A DNA stretch of 64,000 bases from Verrucomicrobiota bacterium (GTDB taxonomy: Bacteria; Verrucomicrobiota; Verrucomicrobiia; Verrucomicrobiales; DEV007), in contig JASFYY010000022.1 of assembly GCA_045046875.1 (NCBI GenBank), positions 1 through 64,000 on the forward strand. Direction: 5' to 3'. The position numbers and the translations under genes were made by a program. A model generated the notes under the pieces. The model saw only the letters and a program-made list of their open reading frames with translations. It was not told where the DNA came from and searched no databases. Below, one piece after another: positions 47,716 through 58,477 of the stretch (position 1 is its first letter; the number at the start of each line of letters is the position of its first letter).

Positions 47716-50102
47716 AAAAAGTATTCACCACCTTACTCAAGTTTACGCCGAAAACACTGCTCCGGCAGCGCGCCTTGCTGTTCAGGACAGCCCTCACCTT
47801 GTTACTCACCGCTTTCGTCGCCCTCTATATCGCTCCACTGTTTTTCAGCCTACCGGAAAAGCTCGGCAAAGACCCGCAGCCCGGTCAATATTTCACCGAC
47901 CGTCACGGTGCGCCACTGCGCCGCCTGCTCAGAGCGGATCTGGCAATTGATGCTCCTGCCACTTTGCAAGAAATTCCCAGTCACTTGATCGAAGCCACCC
48001 TGGCCGTTGAAGATGCCCGCTTCCGGAAACACGGCGGCATCGACTCCATCGGAATCATGCGCGCCCTCTACGATTCACTTCGCGCCCGCCGCCTGGTTTC
48101 GGGAGCTTCCACCATCAGCCAACAACTGATCAAGATCACCTCCCCGGCCAAACCTCGCACGGTGCGCAATAAGATCATCGAAAGCCTGGGCGCTCGAAAA
48201 CTCGAAATGTCATGGGGCAAAAACCAAATCCTCGTCGCCTACCTCAATCGCTTGCCCTACGGCAACCTGCTCACCGGTTGCCGCGCCGCGGCAAGGGGCT
48301 ACTTCAACAAACCACTGTCCGATCTCTCGCTAGCCGAATGTGCCCTATTGGCCGGACTGCCCAACCGCCCCAGTCAGCTCAATCCCCATCGCCATCTCGA
48401 CAAAGCAGTGAAACGTCAACGCTGGGTGCTCAAACGCATGCTCAGTACAGGAAAGATCACCCCCGAAGAATATCAACACGCGCTCGGCCAGACGCTGCAA
48501 ATACAAAACTCCCACAGCTCTTCTTTTCAAGCCCCCCACCTCGTTGATCTGATTATAAACAAAACCCAGCCCTCGACCCTCGCCCCCTCCCCCTCCACTG
48601 CCATCAAGACCACCCTCGACCTTCCCCTGCAAAAATTCGTCGAACAAAGCATCAACAAACAGTTGCAAAAGCTGGAGCAAAACAATCACCACTCTTCCGC
48701 CCTGCAAGCCGCCGCCGTGATCATCGACAACGCCAGTGGAGAAGTCCGCGGCCTGGTAGGATCACGCAGTTATTTCAACTCCACCAGCGGCCAGATCAAC
48801 GGTGCCTGGACCGCCCGCTCCCCCGGCTCGGCGTTAAAACCCTTCACCTACCTATTGGCGCTTGAACGCGGCCATTCCGCCGCCTCCCGCCTGGATGATC
48901 TGCCGCTCGAATACATGACCCCCACCGGAGCCTACCGACCAGTCAATTATGACCGTCGCTTCCGTGGCCCTGTCACCCTACGCGAATCACTAGCGACGTC
49001 CCTCAACGTACCCGCCATCCGCCTGCTCGACGAACTCGGCGGCCCCGCTCCACTGCATGCAACCCTGATTGATCTTGGTCTGACCAGCTTAGACAAAGAT
49101 CCCGGTTTTTATGGCCTCGGCCTAACCATCGGCAGCGCCGAAGTGCGCTTGCTGGAACTGACCAACGCCTACGCCTGTCTGGCTCGCCTCGGGCGCTACG
49201 CCGACTACCGTCTCATCACATCAGCAAAAGAACCGCCTCTTAACACCCGCGAACTATTCTCCCCTGACGCCTGTTACATCCTCGCCGACATTCTCAGTGA
49301 TCAACAGGCCCGCACTTCAGCCTTCGGTTTGAACTCTCCCCTCAACCTACCTTTTAAAGTAGCCTGCAAAACCGGCACCAGCACGGATTACCGCGACAAC
49401 TGGACGGTCGGCTTCACCCCTCGTTACACCGTTGGTGTCTGGGTCGGCTGTTTTGACAACCAGGCCCTGCCACAGATATCAGGAGTCATCGGTGCCGGCC
49501 CCATTTTCCACGACATCTTCACCCATCTCTACTCCAAACCAAATGACAAAGCTGAATGGTATACCCGCCCCAATCACATCGTCACCGCACGCATCGATCC
49601 CCTCAACGGCAAACGTCTACCCCCGACGGAAAACCAACTCGCTCCACACCGTCCGAACCACACTCGTCTGGAAATTTTTCGCCAAAATAACCTACCCCCG
49701 CTCGCTCTCGAATCAGACTACGATCAACAAGGACGCACCCTGCTGCCCGCCCACTACCAAACTTGGTTTGCTAAAAATAATCACCAGCTTCAAAACCGGG
49801 CCAATCTGGTTCAGCAACCAACTCTACACAGCAGCAACAACCAACCCTTTCAGATCCTCAGCCCGCTCACCAATACCGTAGTCTATCTCGATCAGGATCT
49901 GCCGCATGGAGGCACGATATTCTCACTCAAGGCAAGCATCCCCGCAGCCAAACTCCGCTGGGCTTCGCCAAGCTTAAAAATAAGCACCACTGCAACCGGC
50001 TCCCCCACAGCTATCCTCAAACCCGGCATTCATCAAATAATTGCCACCGATATTCTCAGCGGATACAGCATCTCGGTCGCCGTGCAAGTGGATGCTTTGT
50101 GA
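47712..50102 (+). CDS. pbpC: Penicillin-binding protein 1C
   Basis: EDARF..H.G.D, GASTISQQL, SPGSALKP, SLN, KTGT; 4-nt overlap with the alpha-2-macroglobulin gene. Confidence 0.9.
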   Translation: MKKVFTTLLKFTPKTLLRQRALLFRTALTLLLTAFVALYIAPLFFSLPEKLGKDPQPGQYFTDRHGAPLRRLLRADLAIDAPATLQEIPSHLIEATLAVEDARFRKHGGIDSIGIMRALYDSLRARRLVSGASTISQQLIKITSPAKPRTVRNKIIESLGARKLEMSWGKNQILVAYLNRLPYGNLLTGCRAAARGYFNKPLSDLSLAECALLAGLPNRPSQLNPHRHLDKAVKRQRWVLKRMLSTGKITPEEYQHALGQTLQIQNSHSSSFQAPHLVDLIINKTQPSTLAPSPSTAIKTTLDLPLQKFVEQSINKQLQKLEQNNHHSSALQAAAVIIDNASGEVRGLVGSRSYFNSTSGQINGAWTARSPGSALKPFTYLLALERGHSAASRLDDLPLEYMTPTGAYRPVNYDRRFRGPVTLRESLATSLNVPAIRLLDELGGPAPLHATLIDLGLTSLDKDPGFYGLGLTIGSAEVRLLELTNAYACLARLGRYADYRLITSAKEPPLNTRELFSPDACYILADILSDQQARTSAFGLNSPLNLPFKVACKTGTSTDYRDNWTVGFTPRYTVGVWVGCFDNQALPQISGVIGAGPIFHDIFTHLYSKPNDKAEWYTRPNHIVTARIDPLNGKRLPPTENQLAPHRPNHTRLEIFRQNNLPPLALESDYDQQGRTLLPAHYQTWFAKNNHQLQNRANLVQQPTLHSSNNQPFQILSPLTNTVVYLDQDLPHGGTIFSLKASIPAAKLRWASPSLKISTTATGSPTAILKPGIHQIIATDILSGYSISVAVQVDAL

Positions 50103-50130
50103 AACAATTTTTCTTTGTGAAACAATTTTT
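50095..50130. repeat. Perfect 18-bp tandem duplication spanning the pbpC stop
   Basis: CTTTGTGAAACAATTTTT x2. Confidence 0.85.
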
Positions 50131-50199
50131 AAATTAGTCACATCATCCGCTAGCTTGTTGACAATTCTACCCAACCATTAGAATCTATCAAGCCAAGCC

Positions 50200-50898
50200 A
50201 TGAAAAAACGATTCTTCCTCACCACCATTCTGAGTCTGCTCATAACCAGCATCATTTCTTTGTCTGGCAGTGTAGCGAATGACGAAAGTTTGGATAAATT
50301 AACTAAGCTTAAAAAAGCTTATCGCTCGGAAATTGAAAAAGCCACCACTCCTGTTGACGAAAAATATCTCAAAGCTCTTGAAAGACTGCAAAAGTCATAC
50401 GCTTCCGCAAACAAGCTCGATGAGGCCATTCTTGTTAGGGAAAAAATCGCCTTGTTTAAATCTCCATCCCCAGCAACTGGAGCCGGGGAATCCCCTAGCC
50501 TAAAGGATTCAAGCCCAATTCTAAAAAAGTGGACAGGCGATGGCAACCTATTAGTCAAAGATGGCGAGGAAATACTCCATATCTCAACCGACTTAACCCT
50601 TTCAAAAAAATTAGAATACCTCTTTAACGTCAAAGATTACCCTCAAGGGTTTCGTTTACACGTTTATTACCGATCCGATAATTATACAGGCACCGGATTA
50701 AAACTAAAAAGCTACTACACTTCCAGAGACTATATTTTTAGATCTGTTGCACTCATTACCGATGGCAAATGGCATGAATACGTCTGGAATTATTATGCCG
50801 ACAACTACCGAACCGCAGCCGATGTTAGATTACAAATCGAAGTGCTGGGAGGGAAAGGGGAAATCGACTTCAAGGGGCTGACGATCAGCCACCTTTGA
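50200..50898 (+). CDS. Secreted hypothetical protein (paralog A)
   Basis: Signal peptide; helical KYLKALERLQKSYA..LDEA; C-terminal DGKWHEY. Confidence 0.75.
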   Translation: MKKRFFLTTILSLLITSIISLSGSVANDESLDKLTKLKKAYRSEIEKATTPVDEKYLKALERLQKSYASANKLDEAILVREKIALFKSPSPATGAGESPSLKDSSPILKKWTGDGNLLVKDGEEILHISTDLTLSKKLEYLFNVKDYPQGFRLHVYYRSDNYTGTGLKLKSYYTSRDYIFRSVALITDGKWHEYVWNYYADNYRTAADVRLQIEVLGGKGEIDFKGLTISHL

Positions 50899-51589
50899 TA
50901 CTCTTCACAAGCTCGAAGCCTTTGAAATTGACGCTACCCTTGCCTGAAAGAATCTCCAGCACCATTCGAATCTCCGTTGCATTCAGATATTGAGCCGAAG
51001 GGTAGGGCCATGTGTATTCATGCCATTTACCATCTGCGTTAAAATTTATCGTTCTGTGGTGGTAACCCAATTCGGTATTATACCCCTTTAATTTCAACCC
51101 CTCCCCTACATAATCCGATGTTTGGTAACTAAATTTCAAATCCATTCCATCGGGAAACCCCTTGACCTCAAATGTATTTTCAATTTTCGAACCTGCTGAA
51201 TTCGCCTTAATTTGAATCGCAAATTCGTCATCAACGGCAATCAATCGACCGTCCCCCTTCCAACGCCGCAAAGCCTTCTTCGCCTCAGCGCTGCCACTAC
51301 CACCTTCTTCTTTAGGGGTTTCAACATCCACTTTTTTTGAAGATTTTTTCTTTGCAAGAAAAGCATTCAATTCCGTCCGAACCGCCAGCGCCTCATCCAG
51401 CAAATTTGCAGTTGCATATGTTTTTTGCAAGCGTTCCAATGCTGTTATGTATTTTTGGTTAACTGGATCCGTGACTCGCTTAATCTCCTTGTTATAAAGC
51501 TTGTCCAGCTTTTCAAGCTCCAAAAGATCTTCAGCCCGGGCAGGAACGACCAAAACCAAAACCATAGCTAACAGATAATATTTCATCAC
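50885..51589 (-). CDS. Secreted hypothetical protein (paralog B)
   Basis: Signal peptide; KYITALERLQKTYA..LDEA; DGKWHEY. Confidence 0.75.
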   Translation of the reverse strand: MMKYYLLAMVLVLVVPARAEDLLELEKLDKLYNKEIKRVTDPVNQKYITALERLQKTYATANLLDEALAVRTELNAFLAKKKSSKKVDVETPKEEGGSGSAEAKKALRRWKGDGRLIAVDDEFAIQIKANSAGSKIENTFEVKGFPDGMDLKFSYQTSDYVGEGLKLKGYNTELGYHHRTINFNADGKWHEYTWPYPSAQYLNATEIRMVLEILSGKGSVNFKGFELVKSIKGG

Positions 51590-51734
51590 TCTTCAAGCTT
51601 GCCCCGACTTCCCATTCTCTCAACAAAAAATATTCGCACCTCTTGAGATAGGCAAGCGTCTACTCTAACATTTTTTTTGGCCTTTATTATAAAAAACTTG
51701 CCCGCGCCCCCGCTTTCCTGTCTAGCTTACCCGT

Positions 51735-52982
51735 ATGATTCGTATAGGCATAGTAGGCTGCGGCAGGATTTTAGCTGCCCATCTCCAGGGGTATCGACTT
51801 CTTCGTGAAGCCGGTATCAACGACTTTGAAATCACCGCCCTCTGCGCCCGCAAAGCAGATGACGCTCAAAGTTATGTGAAACGTGGTGAAGGCCCGCCAC
51901 AACGCAAAGCCGTCAGCAACATGCCCGGCGACCCACTTGCCATCGACGACGAATATTTATCCGACTTCCAGGCCGGAGTCGAAGTCGAAGTCTTCACCGA
52001 CTATGAAGAAATGATCGCCAAAGGAAACATTGATGCGGTCAACGACTTCACCATCCACTCCCTGCATCACAAAATCGCCAGCCTCTGCTTCCAGCATGGC
52101 AAGCATCTATTGAGCCAGAAACCGCTCGCCATTACCATCCAAGCCGCCTGCCAGATGTGCGAGCAAGCCGATCAGGCCGGGGTGACTTTTGGCGTTTTTG
52201 AGAATGTGCGCTTCAGTGCCAGCACCCGCCACCTTCACTGGGCATTTTCTCCCGACGGCCCCGCCGGCGATTTCCAAATGGCTCTGCTCGGCAATATCGG
52301 CACCTGGTGGGCTCCGGATCTCATTGTCGCAGAAACCCCATGGCGCCACGAGCTTATCCAAGCCGGGGGTATCGCCCTCGATCTCGGCCCCCACATGTTC
52401 AACCTCATTCGCTATATCTCCGGCGACATCAAAGACGTCAGCGCGCGCACGGAGGTGGTCGAACCCACTCGTTACATCCTACGCGATGGCCAACGCATCG
52501 ATCCCATCCACTGTGACGCCGACGATACTTTCTACGCGTCCTTTGCCACCGAATCCGGAGCCAGCGGAACCGTCTTTGGCGGTTGGTCAGGTCACGGAAC
52601 CCATACCGTCGTTGGCGATGGCCCGGTTTTTTATGGCAGCAAAGGTCGGGTCAGCGGTGATCACATCCACCTCGACGGACAAAGCTGCGCACAATCTCTC
52701 TCCGATCTCTATCATAAGCACGCCTCTACCGAACTGACCGAAAAATATTTTCCCCACGGCTTGGATGACGACTTCGCGCTCAATCAATATGACTGGCTGC
52801 AAGCCATCCGCGAAAAACGCCAACCGGAAACCTCAGGCCACGAGGGTCTCGTCGACCTGGCCTGCGCTTACGCCATTGTCGAGTCAGCCAAAGCCGGACG
52901 CAGCGTCACCATCGAAGAAATCCTGTCCGGCGACCTGCGCGACTACCAACGCCCCATCGACCAACATCATGGGCTGATTTGA
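51735..52982 (+). CDS. Gfo/Idh/MocA family oxidoreductase
   Basis: IGIVGCGRI, GKHLLSQKPLA, GGIALDLGPH. Confidence 0.9.
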   Translation: MIRIGIVGCGRILAAHLQGYRLLREAGINDFEITALCARKADDAQSYVKRGEGPPQRKAVSNMPGDPLAIDDEYLSDFQAGVEVEVFTDYEEMIAKGNIDAVNDFTIHSLHHKIASLCFQHGKHLLSQKPLAITIQAACQMCEQADQAGVTFGVFENVRFSASTRHLHWAFSPDGPAGDFQMALLGNIGTWWAPDLIVAETPWRHELIQAGGIALDLGPHMFNLIRYISGDIKDVSARTEVVEPTRYILRDGQRIDPIHCDADDTFYASFATESGASGTVFGGWSGHGTHTVVGDGPVFYGSKGRVSGDHIHLDGQSCAQSLSDLYHKHASTELTEKYFPHGLDDDFALNQYDWLQAIREKRQPETSGHEGLVDLACAYAIVESAKAGRSVTIEEILSGDLRDYQRPIDQHHGLI

Positions 52983-52987
52983 TTTGA

Positions 52988-53018
52988 GAACCACTAATGA
53001 ACACTAAAAGACACGAAT
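52988..53018 (-). repeat. Inverted copy of the 31-bp dispersed repeat
   Basis: Reverse complement ATTCGTGTCTTTTAGTGTTCATTAGTGGTTC. Confidence 0.65.
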
Positions 53019-53958
53019 GACTGAGATGATAAATCCGATCATTCTAGAAATTCTTAAGGATTCCGGTGGGACCTTTGCATTGGAAATCACCAAGTGGACT
53101 ACTATCGGCGTTACTTGCGGGGTGATTCTGATGCCCTTGGTATTTTTCCTATTAAAAGCATTGAATGCTTACCGTCTGAATTGGATTCACTCCAAAATGT
53201 GCAAAATCCTAGTTTTTATATTAACCCTTATCCTTTCAGCCGTCCTTTCAGGATTCATAGGTTTCAATCAAGGGTTTTATGTGGCTGTCGAACGCTCGCT
53301 TGGAAATGAAAAATTCAAACAAATCGTTTTACCCTCTATCGGTTCGACTGGCGCAGACCTATTGGCCCACATTTATATAATGGTGCCCCTATATGAAAAG
53401 CCTTCAAATCAGAGCGAAAACGATGTTAGCTCGGTTAATCCTGAAAAAAAAACCAGCGCCCGATTAGAGGAATTTCGAGAGGGTAAGTGGGAGCTTGATC
53501 TCAATGTGCTTAGCGAAAGGATAATAAGCGCAAAAAAGGCATTCATTCATGATGTGATCACTCAAATGAACAGTGAGCTGAGCCGTAATCATCCTAATCT
53601 CAGTGAAGAAGTCGGAGATAAACTTTTTGATTGGATAAGTGAACACTTCGTCGAATGGATTATTCAAGACGATCTAGAATCGAGCGGCCTCATGTACTGG
53701 ATCAGAGCCGGCGCTGCCCGGTTTGAGGAAATCTCCCAAAATGATCCGCAATTAACTTACAGTGAATTATCCGCTGTGATCGGCGATATCCTGATTAAAA
53801 AAGGAATTATCACCCCTGTCCGCACTGCTGTGCGCATCAATCAAATAAGCCTTATTATGGCTCTTTTCGCACTATTCGCAGCGCCGCCCCTGATCTTCCG
53901 CACCGTCAATTTTGTAAGATCTCACAAAATTGTTGAGCAAGCTCTGGAATCATCCTGA
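53017..53958 (+). CDS. Hypothetical membrane protein (AT-richer than its neighbours)
   Basis: 313-aa ORF with about three TM segments. Confidence 0.65.
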   Translation: MTEMINPIILEILKDSGGTFALEITKWTTIGVTCGVILMPLVFFLLKALNAYRLNWIHSKMCKILVFILTLILSAVLSGFIGFNQGFYVAVERSLGNEKFKQIVLPSIGSTGADLLAHIYIMVPLYEKPSNQSENDVSSVNPEKKTSARLEEFREGKWELDLNVLSERIISAKKAFIHDVITQMNSELSRNHPNLSEEVGDKLFDWISEHFVEWIIQDDLESSGLMYWIRAGAARFEEISQNDPQLTYSELSAVIGDILIKKGIITPVRTAVRINQISLIMALFALFAAPPLIFRTVNFVRSHKIVEQALESS

Positions 53959-54018
53959 AATTGGAGATGCGGCAACTCGTGCTTGCTCTACGGTTAGAGC
54001 CCGCCAACACGAAATATC

Positions 54019-55113
54019 CTATTTCTCCGGCTTCTGCCCTCTTAACATCGCTTCGATGAAACCGTCGATATTGCCGTCCATCACGTCTTGAATGTTACCC
54101 ATTTCATGCCCGGTTCGGTGATCCTTGGCCATTTGATAAGGCTGGAAAACATACGACCGGATCTGACTGCCCCAGGCGATTTCGCCTTTCTCTCCATACT
54201 GACGTTCCATTTCTGAACGTTTTTTGTCCTCCTCGAGTTTGAACAACTTGGCTTTGAGCAATTTCATCGCCAATACCCGGTTTTTGTGCTGACTGCGCTC
54301 GGCACTACAACGAACAATAATACCGGTTGGAAGATGCGTCAGGTGAACGGCCGTCTCAACCTTATTCACATTTTGCCCGCCCTTGCCTCCACTGCGTGCG
54401 GTAACGATTTTCAAATCCTTGTCCTCAACCTCAATCTCATCGTCGTCGTCCAACTCAGGAACCACATCCAGACTGGCAAACGAGGTGTGCCTGCGCGCTT
54501 GTGAATCAAAAGGGGATATTCTCACCAATCGATGCACCCCGTTTTCATTATTTAAATAGCCATAGGCATTCTCCCCGGCCACCTTCAAAGTCACCGAACG
54601 CACCCCCACTTCTTCACCTCCTTGAAAATCCACGATCTCCACGCCAAACCCCCGACGCTCGCCCCAGCGCTGGTACATACGCAATAACATGTCCGCCCAA
54701 TCACAAGCCTCCGTGCCACCGGCACCCGAGTGAATCGTCACAAAGGCATTCTCCGAGTCATGACGCCCACTGAGCAAAGTCTGTAACTCAAACGTATCCA
54801 ATTCCCTCATCAACACCTCATATTCTGTAGCCGCCTCGCCAGCACTATCCTCATCATCCGCGGCCATCTCGAGCAATACCTCCAGATCCCCCATACGGCT
54901 ATCCAAGGCCCGCATCGGAGTCAGTCTCGCTTTGATTCGCGAAACATCCGCCACCGTTTTCTGCGCGGTATCCTTATCATCCCAAAAATCCTGGGCAGTC
55001 ATTTTTTCTTCCAAGCCAGACAGCTGGGTCTCCAACTTAGGGAGATCCATGAATTTTTTCAAGCCGTCGAGACGCTCCTTCAACTTGTCGATATCTATTT
55101 CCTGCCAATCCAT
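54019..55113 (-). CDS. prfB: Peptide chain release factor 2, single uninterrupted frame
   Basis: [21 protein letters not shown] (SPF), [11 protein letters not shown]. Confidence 0.97.
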   Translation of the reverse strand: MDWQEIDIDKLKERLDGLKKFMDLPKLETQLSGLEEKMTAQDFWDDKDTAQKTVADVSRIKARLTPMRALDSRMGDLEVLLEMAADDEDSAGEAATEYEVLMRELDTFELQTLLSGRHDSENAFVTIHSGAGGTEACDWADMLLRMYQRWGERRGFGVEIVDFQGGEEVGVRSVTLKVAGENAYGYLNNENGVHRLVRISPFDSQARRHTSFASLDVVPELDDDDEIEVEDKDLKIVTARSGGKGGQNVNKVETAVHLTHLPTGIIVRCSAERSQHKNRVLAMKLLKAKLFKLEEDKKRSEMERQYGEKGEIAWGSQIRSYVFQPYQMAKDHRTGHEMGNIQDVMDGNIDGFIEAMLRGQKPEK

Positions 55114-55244
55114 TTTTTTAAAGCCAAACGAAGGTTATTGTTCCCACTCTGCCGATTCGTCCCTACTGTTCGGCACGGAATCAAATTCTGCAAATCGTAT
55201 TCACTGCCAGCCCCTGTCAAGCTGCCGATAAACCAAACAAACCA

Positions 55245-55778
55245 TTGGAAAAAACCACCGCCAATCTCATTCGCCGTTTCCCGCTGACCGAGACCAGCCT
55301 GATCATTCACTGGTGCTCGGACACCCAGGGCTTGATCAAAACCGTCGCCAAGGGCGCCCGGCGGCCCAAAAACCGCTTTGCCGGCAAGTTGGATCTCTTT
55401 TTTCACTGCGAAATCGAAATCGTCCGCAGCCGCAAGAGCGACCTCCACATTCTGAAAGATATTTCCGTGCTGCGCACCCGTCTCGGCATCCGGGGCTCTT
55501 ACCTACAAACCCTCGCCGCTTCTTATTTCGTGAAATTGATCGAACGCGTAGCCGAATCCGCCACCCCCATCCCGGATCTCGCCGATCTTCTCGAACGCTC
55601 CTTGGAATACCTTGACCAGAACCAACCCACACGACGTGCGGTGCTGCATTTTGAAAAAGAACTTGCCCGCCACCTCGGCGTCGCCCACCCCACCTGCACC
55701 CCCGCCACCAGCATTTCCAACACTTTTGGCCATCTGCCCAAACAACGTGAAGAGCTGCTCGACATGACTGCCGACTAA
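55245..55778 (+). CDS. recO: DNA repair protein RecO (short form)
   Basis: ETSLII.W.....GLIKTVAKGARRPKNRFAGKLDLF; FEKEL..LG. Confidence 0.85.
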   Translation: MEKTTANLIRRFPLTETSLIIHWCSDTQGLIKTVAKGARRPKNRFAGKLDLFFHCEIEIVRSRKSDLHILKDISVLRTRLGIRGSYLQTLAASYFVKLIERVAESATPIPDLADLLERSLEYLDQNQPTRRAVLHFEKELARHLGVAHPTCTPATSISNTFGHLPKQREELLDMTAD

Positions 55779-55926
55779 GAACCTCGACCCCGGAGATTCC
55801 AGAGAACCATGCAGAACCTTGTCTGACCTCGCGCTTTTTCCAACAAGCACTTGACCCGATGCCCCCGCTCGCGCACCATTCCATCTCATTTGGTGCTCGC
55901 AAGCTGCACAACAGCTACACCGCTCA

Positions 55927-57717
55927 TTGAATGCGATGGTTAACCACGCAATGATCAAGAAAATTCTAAAACATCCTATTATTGTCCGCTTGACCAAGCT
56001 CTCTTCCAGCTTGGTTCAACGCACGCAAACATGGAATTTTCGTGCCCTGTGGTTGCAACTCAGCCTTAGCGTGATCCTGCTGGCGATAATCTCATTCAGC
56101 ATCGACTCCTGGAACATTTATTCCGATCTACGCGAAGAATACCAGCAAAAACTGAGCGTGGGGCAAGTCCACCCCAGCGACACCCCTCCCATCAGCATAG
56201 CTCTTGCCCAAACCCTGGGTGCGCTCATCGTCGCCCTAGGGCTGTCCATCTCTTTCTATAACCAGCGTAAAAGAAAAGTGTCATCCATACGTCGTGGCCG
56301 AAGCACCCAACTGGTTCTCTGGATCGCCGCCATCGGAGTGCTGGTCGCATGGCTGCCAACAGATTACACCATCAATTTCCGTTCCGTATTGGTCAGCCGC
56401 ATCGGCGAGGACCCTTCGGTGGCCGCTTATCTCGGCAAACTGTTCTTGATCGCCACTCTTATTCTCAGTTTTCCACTAATGGCCCGTTTGCACTTCCGCT
56501 CCAGCATCATGGATCAATATGTGGTGCGAACCTTTCTCCTGCCCTTCACCTTCACCCTCATCGGCTTTATTGCCATCTGGCTGATTTCCGATCTCACCAA
56601 TAACGGCCCCGATTTTGTCTCAGCCAAAGCCAGTCTCGGCACCATCCTGGAATTTTATTTGATCCAACTGCCCCAGGTCATTCTTTTTGTCCTGCCGGTC
56701 ACGCTGCTGCTATCACTGCTCTACGCCCTCAGCCGCATGTCCGCCTCCAACGAATTGATCTCGATGCTGGGAGCCGGGCGCAGCATGATGCGTATATTAC
56801 GCCCTCTTTTCATCATCGGCCTCTATGCCTCGCTGATCTGTCTGGTATTCAAGTACGACTGGGCACCCAGATCCGAAGGCAGCAAAGTAGCTTTGCTACA
56901 AGCCGTCCGTGATGGCAGCTTCCAAGAAGACAATCAGGGTAATAGCAAAAAAAAGAAAAAGAAAAAATCTGCCCGCTGGTCCAAGCTAGGCTGGATGTAT
57001 GTCAATCCTGTTGATCGCCGCACTTGGTTTGTCGGTCGCGTACCTCTCGATTTCACCCAAAAAACCATGGGCTCTGTAGCCATCTGGCAGTTCGACAAAG
57101 AGCAGAACCTGCTCACCAGTTGGCGCGGCAACTCCGCCACTTGGTTTTTTGGCAACCGCACCTGGAAACTCTACCGAGGCAAGACCTACACCTACGGTCC
57201 TGACGGCATCCCTAAAATCCAATCGTGGGAATCGATGGAAATCCCCGGCTGGCGCGAAACTCCGTGGAAAGTAGTCAGCGCCTCCCTCAATCCCGAGCAT
57301 ATGGGCATACCGGGACTTACCACCTATCTAAGAACCAACGCTGATTATGACCGCAAACAGCTGGCACCCTATCGAACCAACTGGTGGTATTGCTGGGCCG
57401 AGCCACTGAGTTGTCTGGTGATGGTGCTGGTCTCAGCACCACTAGGCATCGTTTACTCCCGCCGTGGAGTGCTCGGCGGAGTGGCCGCGTCGATATTCAT
57501 TTTTGCCAGTATGTACCTTCTGCGTGGCACTTTTCTAGCCTTTGGCCAAAACGGGCAACTGCCCCCTTTCATCGCCGCTTGGGCCACCAACTTTATCTTT
57601 GCTATCATCGGCGCCATGCTGCTCTACTACCGATCACAAAATCGACAGCCCCCCACCATCAAGTCTATATTGAACGGCAGTTATTTTCGCAAACTTTTCA
57701 ATCTAAAATCAGCTTAG
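55927..57717 (+). CDS. LptF/LptG family LPS export permease with an N-terminal membrane extension
   Basis: IMDQYVVRTFL, LPVTLLLSLL..LSRMSASNELISM..AG.S..RI..P, LPPFIAAWATN; start uncertain. Confidence 0.85.
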   Translation: MNAMVNHAMIKKILKHPIIVRLTKLSSSLVQRTQTWNFRALWLQLSLSVILLAIISFSIDSWNIYSDLREEYQQKLSVGQVHPSDTPPISIALAQTLGALIVALGLSISFYNQRKRKVSSIRRGRSTQLVLWIAAIGVLVAWLPTDYTINFRSVLVSRIGEDPSVAAYLGKLFLIATLILSFPLMARLHFRSSIMDQYVVRTFLLPFTFTLIGFIAIWLISDLTNNGPDFVSAKASLGTILEFYLIQLPQVILFVLPVTLLLSLLYALSRMSASNELISMLGAGRSMMRILRPLFIIGLYASLICLVFKYDWAPRSEGSKVALLQAVRDGSFQEDNQGNSKKKKKKKSARWSKLGWMYVNPVDRRTWFVGRVPLDFTQKTMGSVAIWQFDKEQNLLTSWRGNSATWFFGNRTWKLYRGKTYTYGPDGIPKIQSWESMEIPGWRETPWKVVSASLNPEHMGIPGLTTYLRTNADYDRKQLAPYRTNWWYCWAEPLSCLVMVLVSAPLGIVYSRRGVLGGVAASIFIFASMYLLRGTFLAFGQNGQLPPFIAAWATNFIFAIIGAMLLYYRSQNRQPPTIKSILNGSYFRKLFNLKSA

Positions 57718-57773
57718 TAATTCCGCTCTTCCAAGCCACTTACGTTATATTTTTTCATTTCAGACCTTGCACC

Positions 57774-58454
57774 ATGGCCATTCAAAAAGACTGGAAAATC
57801 AGCCGCCGGCACAGCAAATGCACCCACAGCGGGGAGAAGTTTGCTGATGGCCAATCCTTCTACACTTGTATTTTTGACGATCCGGAAAATGAAGGTTTCC
57901 TGAGAAAAGACTTTTCTGAAGCCGCCTGGGAAGAACTCAGCGATACCCTGGAGCCCTTCTCCTTCTGGAAAACCACCTGCAAATACCCCAAAGAAGATAC
58001 CTCGCCCGAAGTGCTTGGCAATGAATCGGCTGAAACCATGCTGCGCCGCATGATCGAAGAAGACGAAGCAGGCACAGAAAATGCCCGTTATATCCTCACT
58101 CTCATGCTCGAGCGCAAAAAGGCCCTCATCCCCGTGGGAGTAAAAGAAACCGAATCCAGCCGATTGTTACTCTACGAACACCGCGCCAGCGGCGACGTGC
58201 TCGTCGTCCGTGACCCGCAACTCAAACTCGATGAAGTCGAGGCCGTGCAGCAAGAGGTGTCCCTCTTGCTCGACCAAAACAATACTCAACAGGAAAACAA
58301 CCACTCCGACTCAGAGGTTGGTGAGCAAGATGCCGCTGCTGCAGACTCCGAAACCACAGGAGACCAGGCTACCGACGATGACTTAGCAGAATCTGATACC
58401 GAAGAAATTGAAGTCGAAGTTGAAGCGGAAAATGAAGAAATCACTTCCAGCTGA
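57774..58454 (+). CDS. Conserved-looking hypothetical protein with acidic tail
   Basis: ATG 57774; WKISRR..KC, R.DF, FSFWK, LMLERKK.L, DPQL. Confidence 0.7.
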   Translation: MAIQKDWKISRRHSKCTHSGEKFADGQSFYTCIFDDPENEGFLRKDFSEAAWEELSDTLEPFSFWKTTCKYPKEDTSPEVLGNESAETMLRRMIEEDEAGTENARYILTLMLERKKALIPVGVKETESSRLLLYEHRASGDVLVVRDPQLKLDEVEAVQQEVSLLLDQNNTQQENNHSDSEVGEQDAAAADSETTGDQATDDDLAESDTEEIEVEVEAENEEITSS

Positions 58455-58477
58455 TTCAACAAAATAAACCAAGCTCC

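Noticed and set aside
57384..57773. N-terminal extension of ORF 57384-58454
   Set aside because: Overlaps the LptF/G gene; the plausible start is ATG 57774
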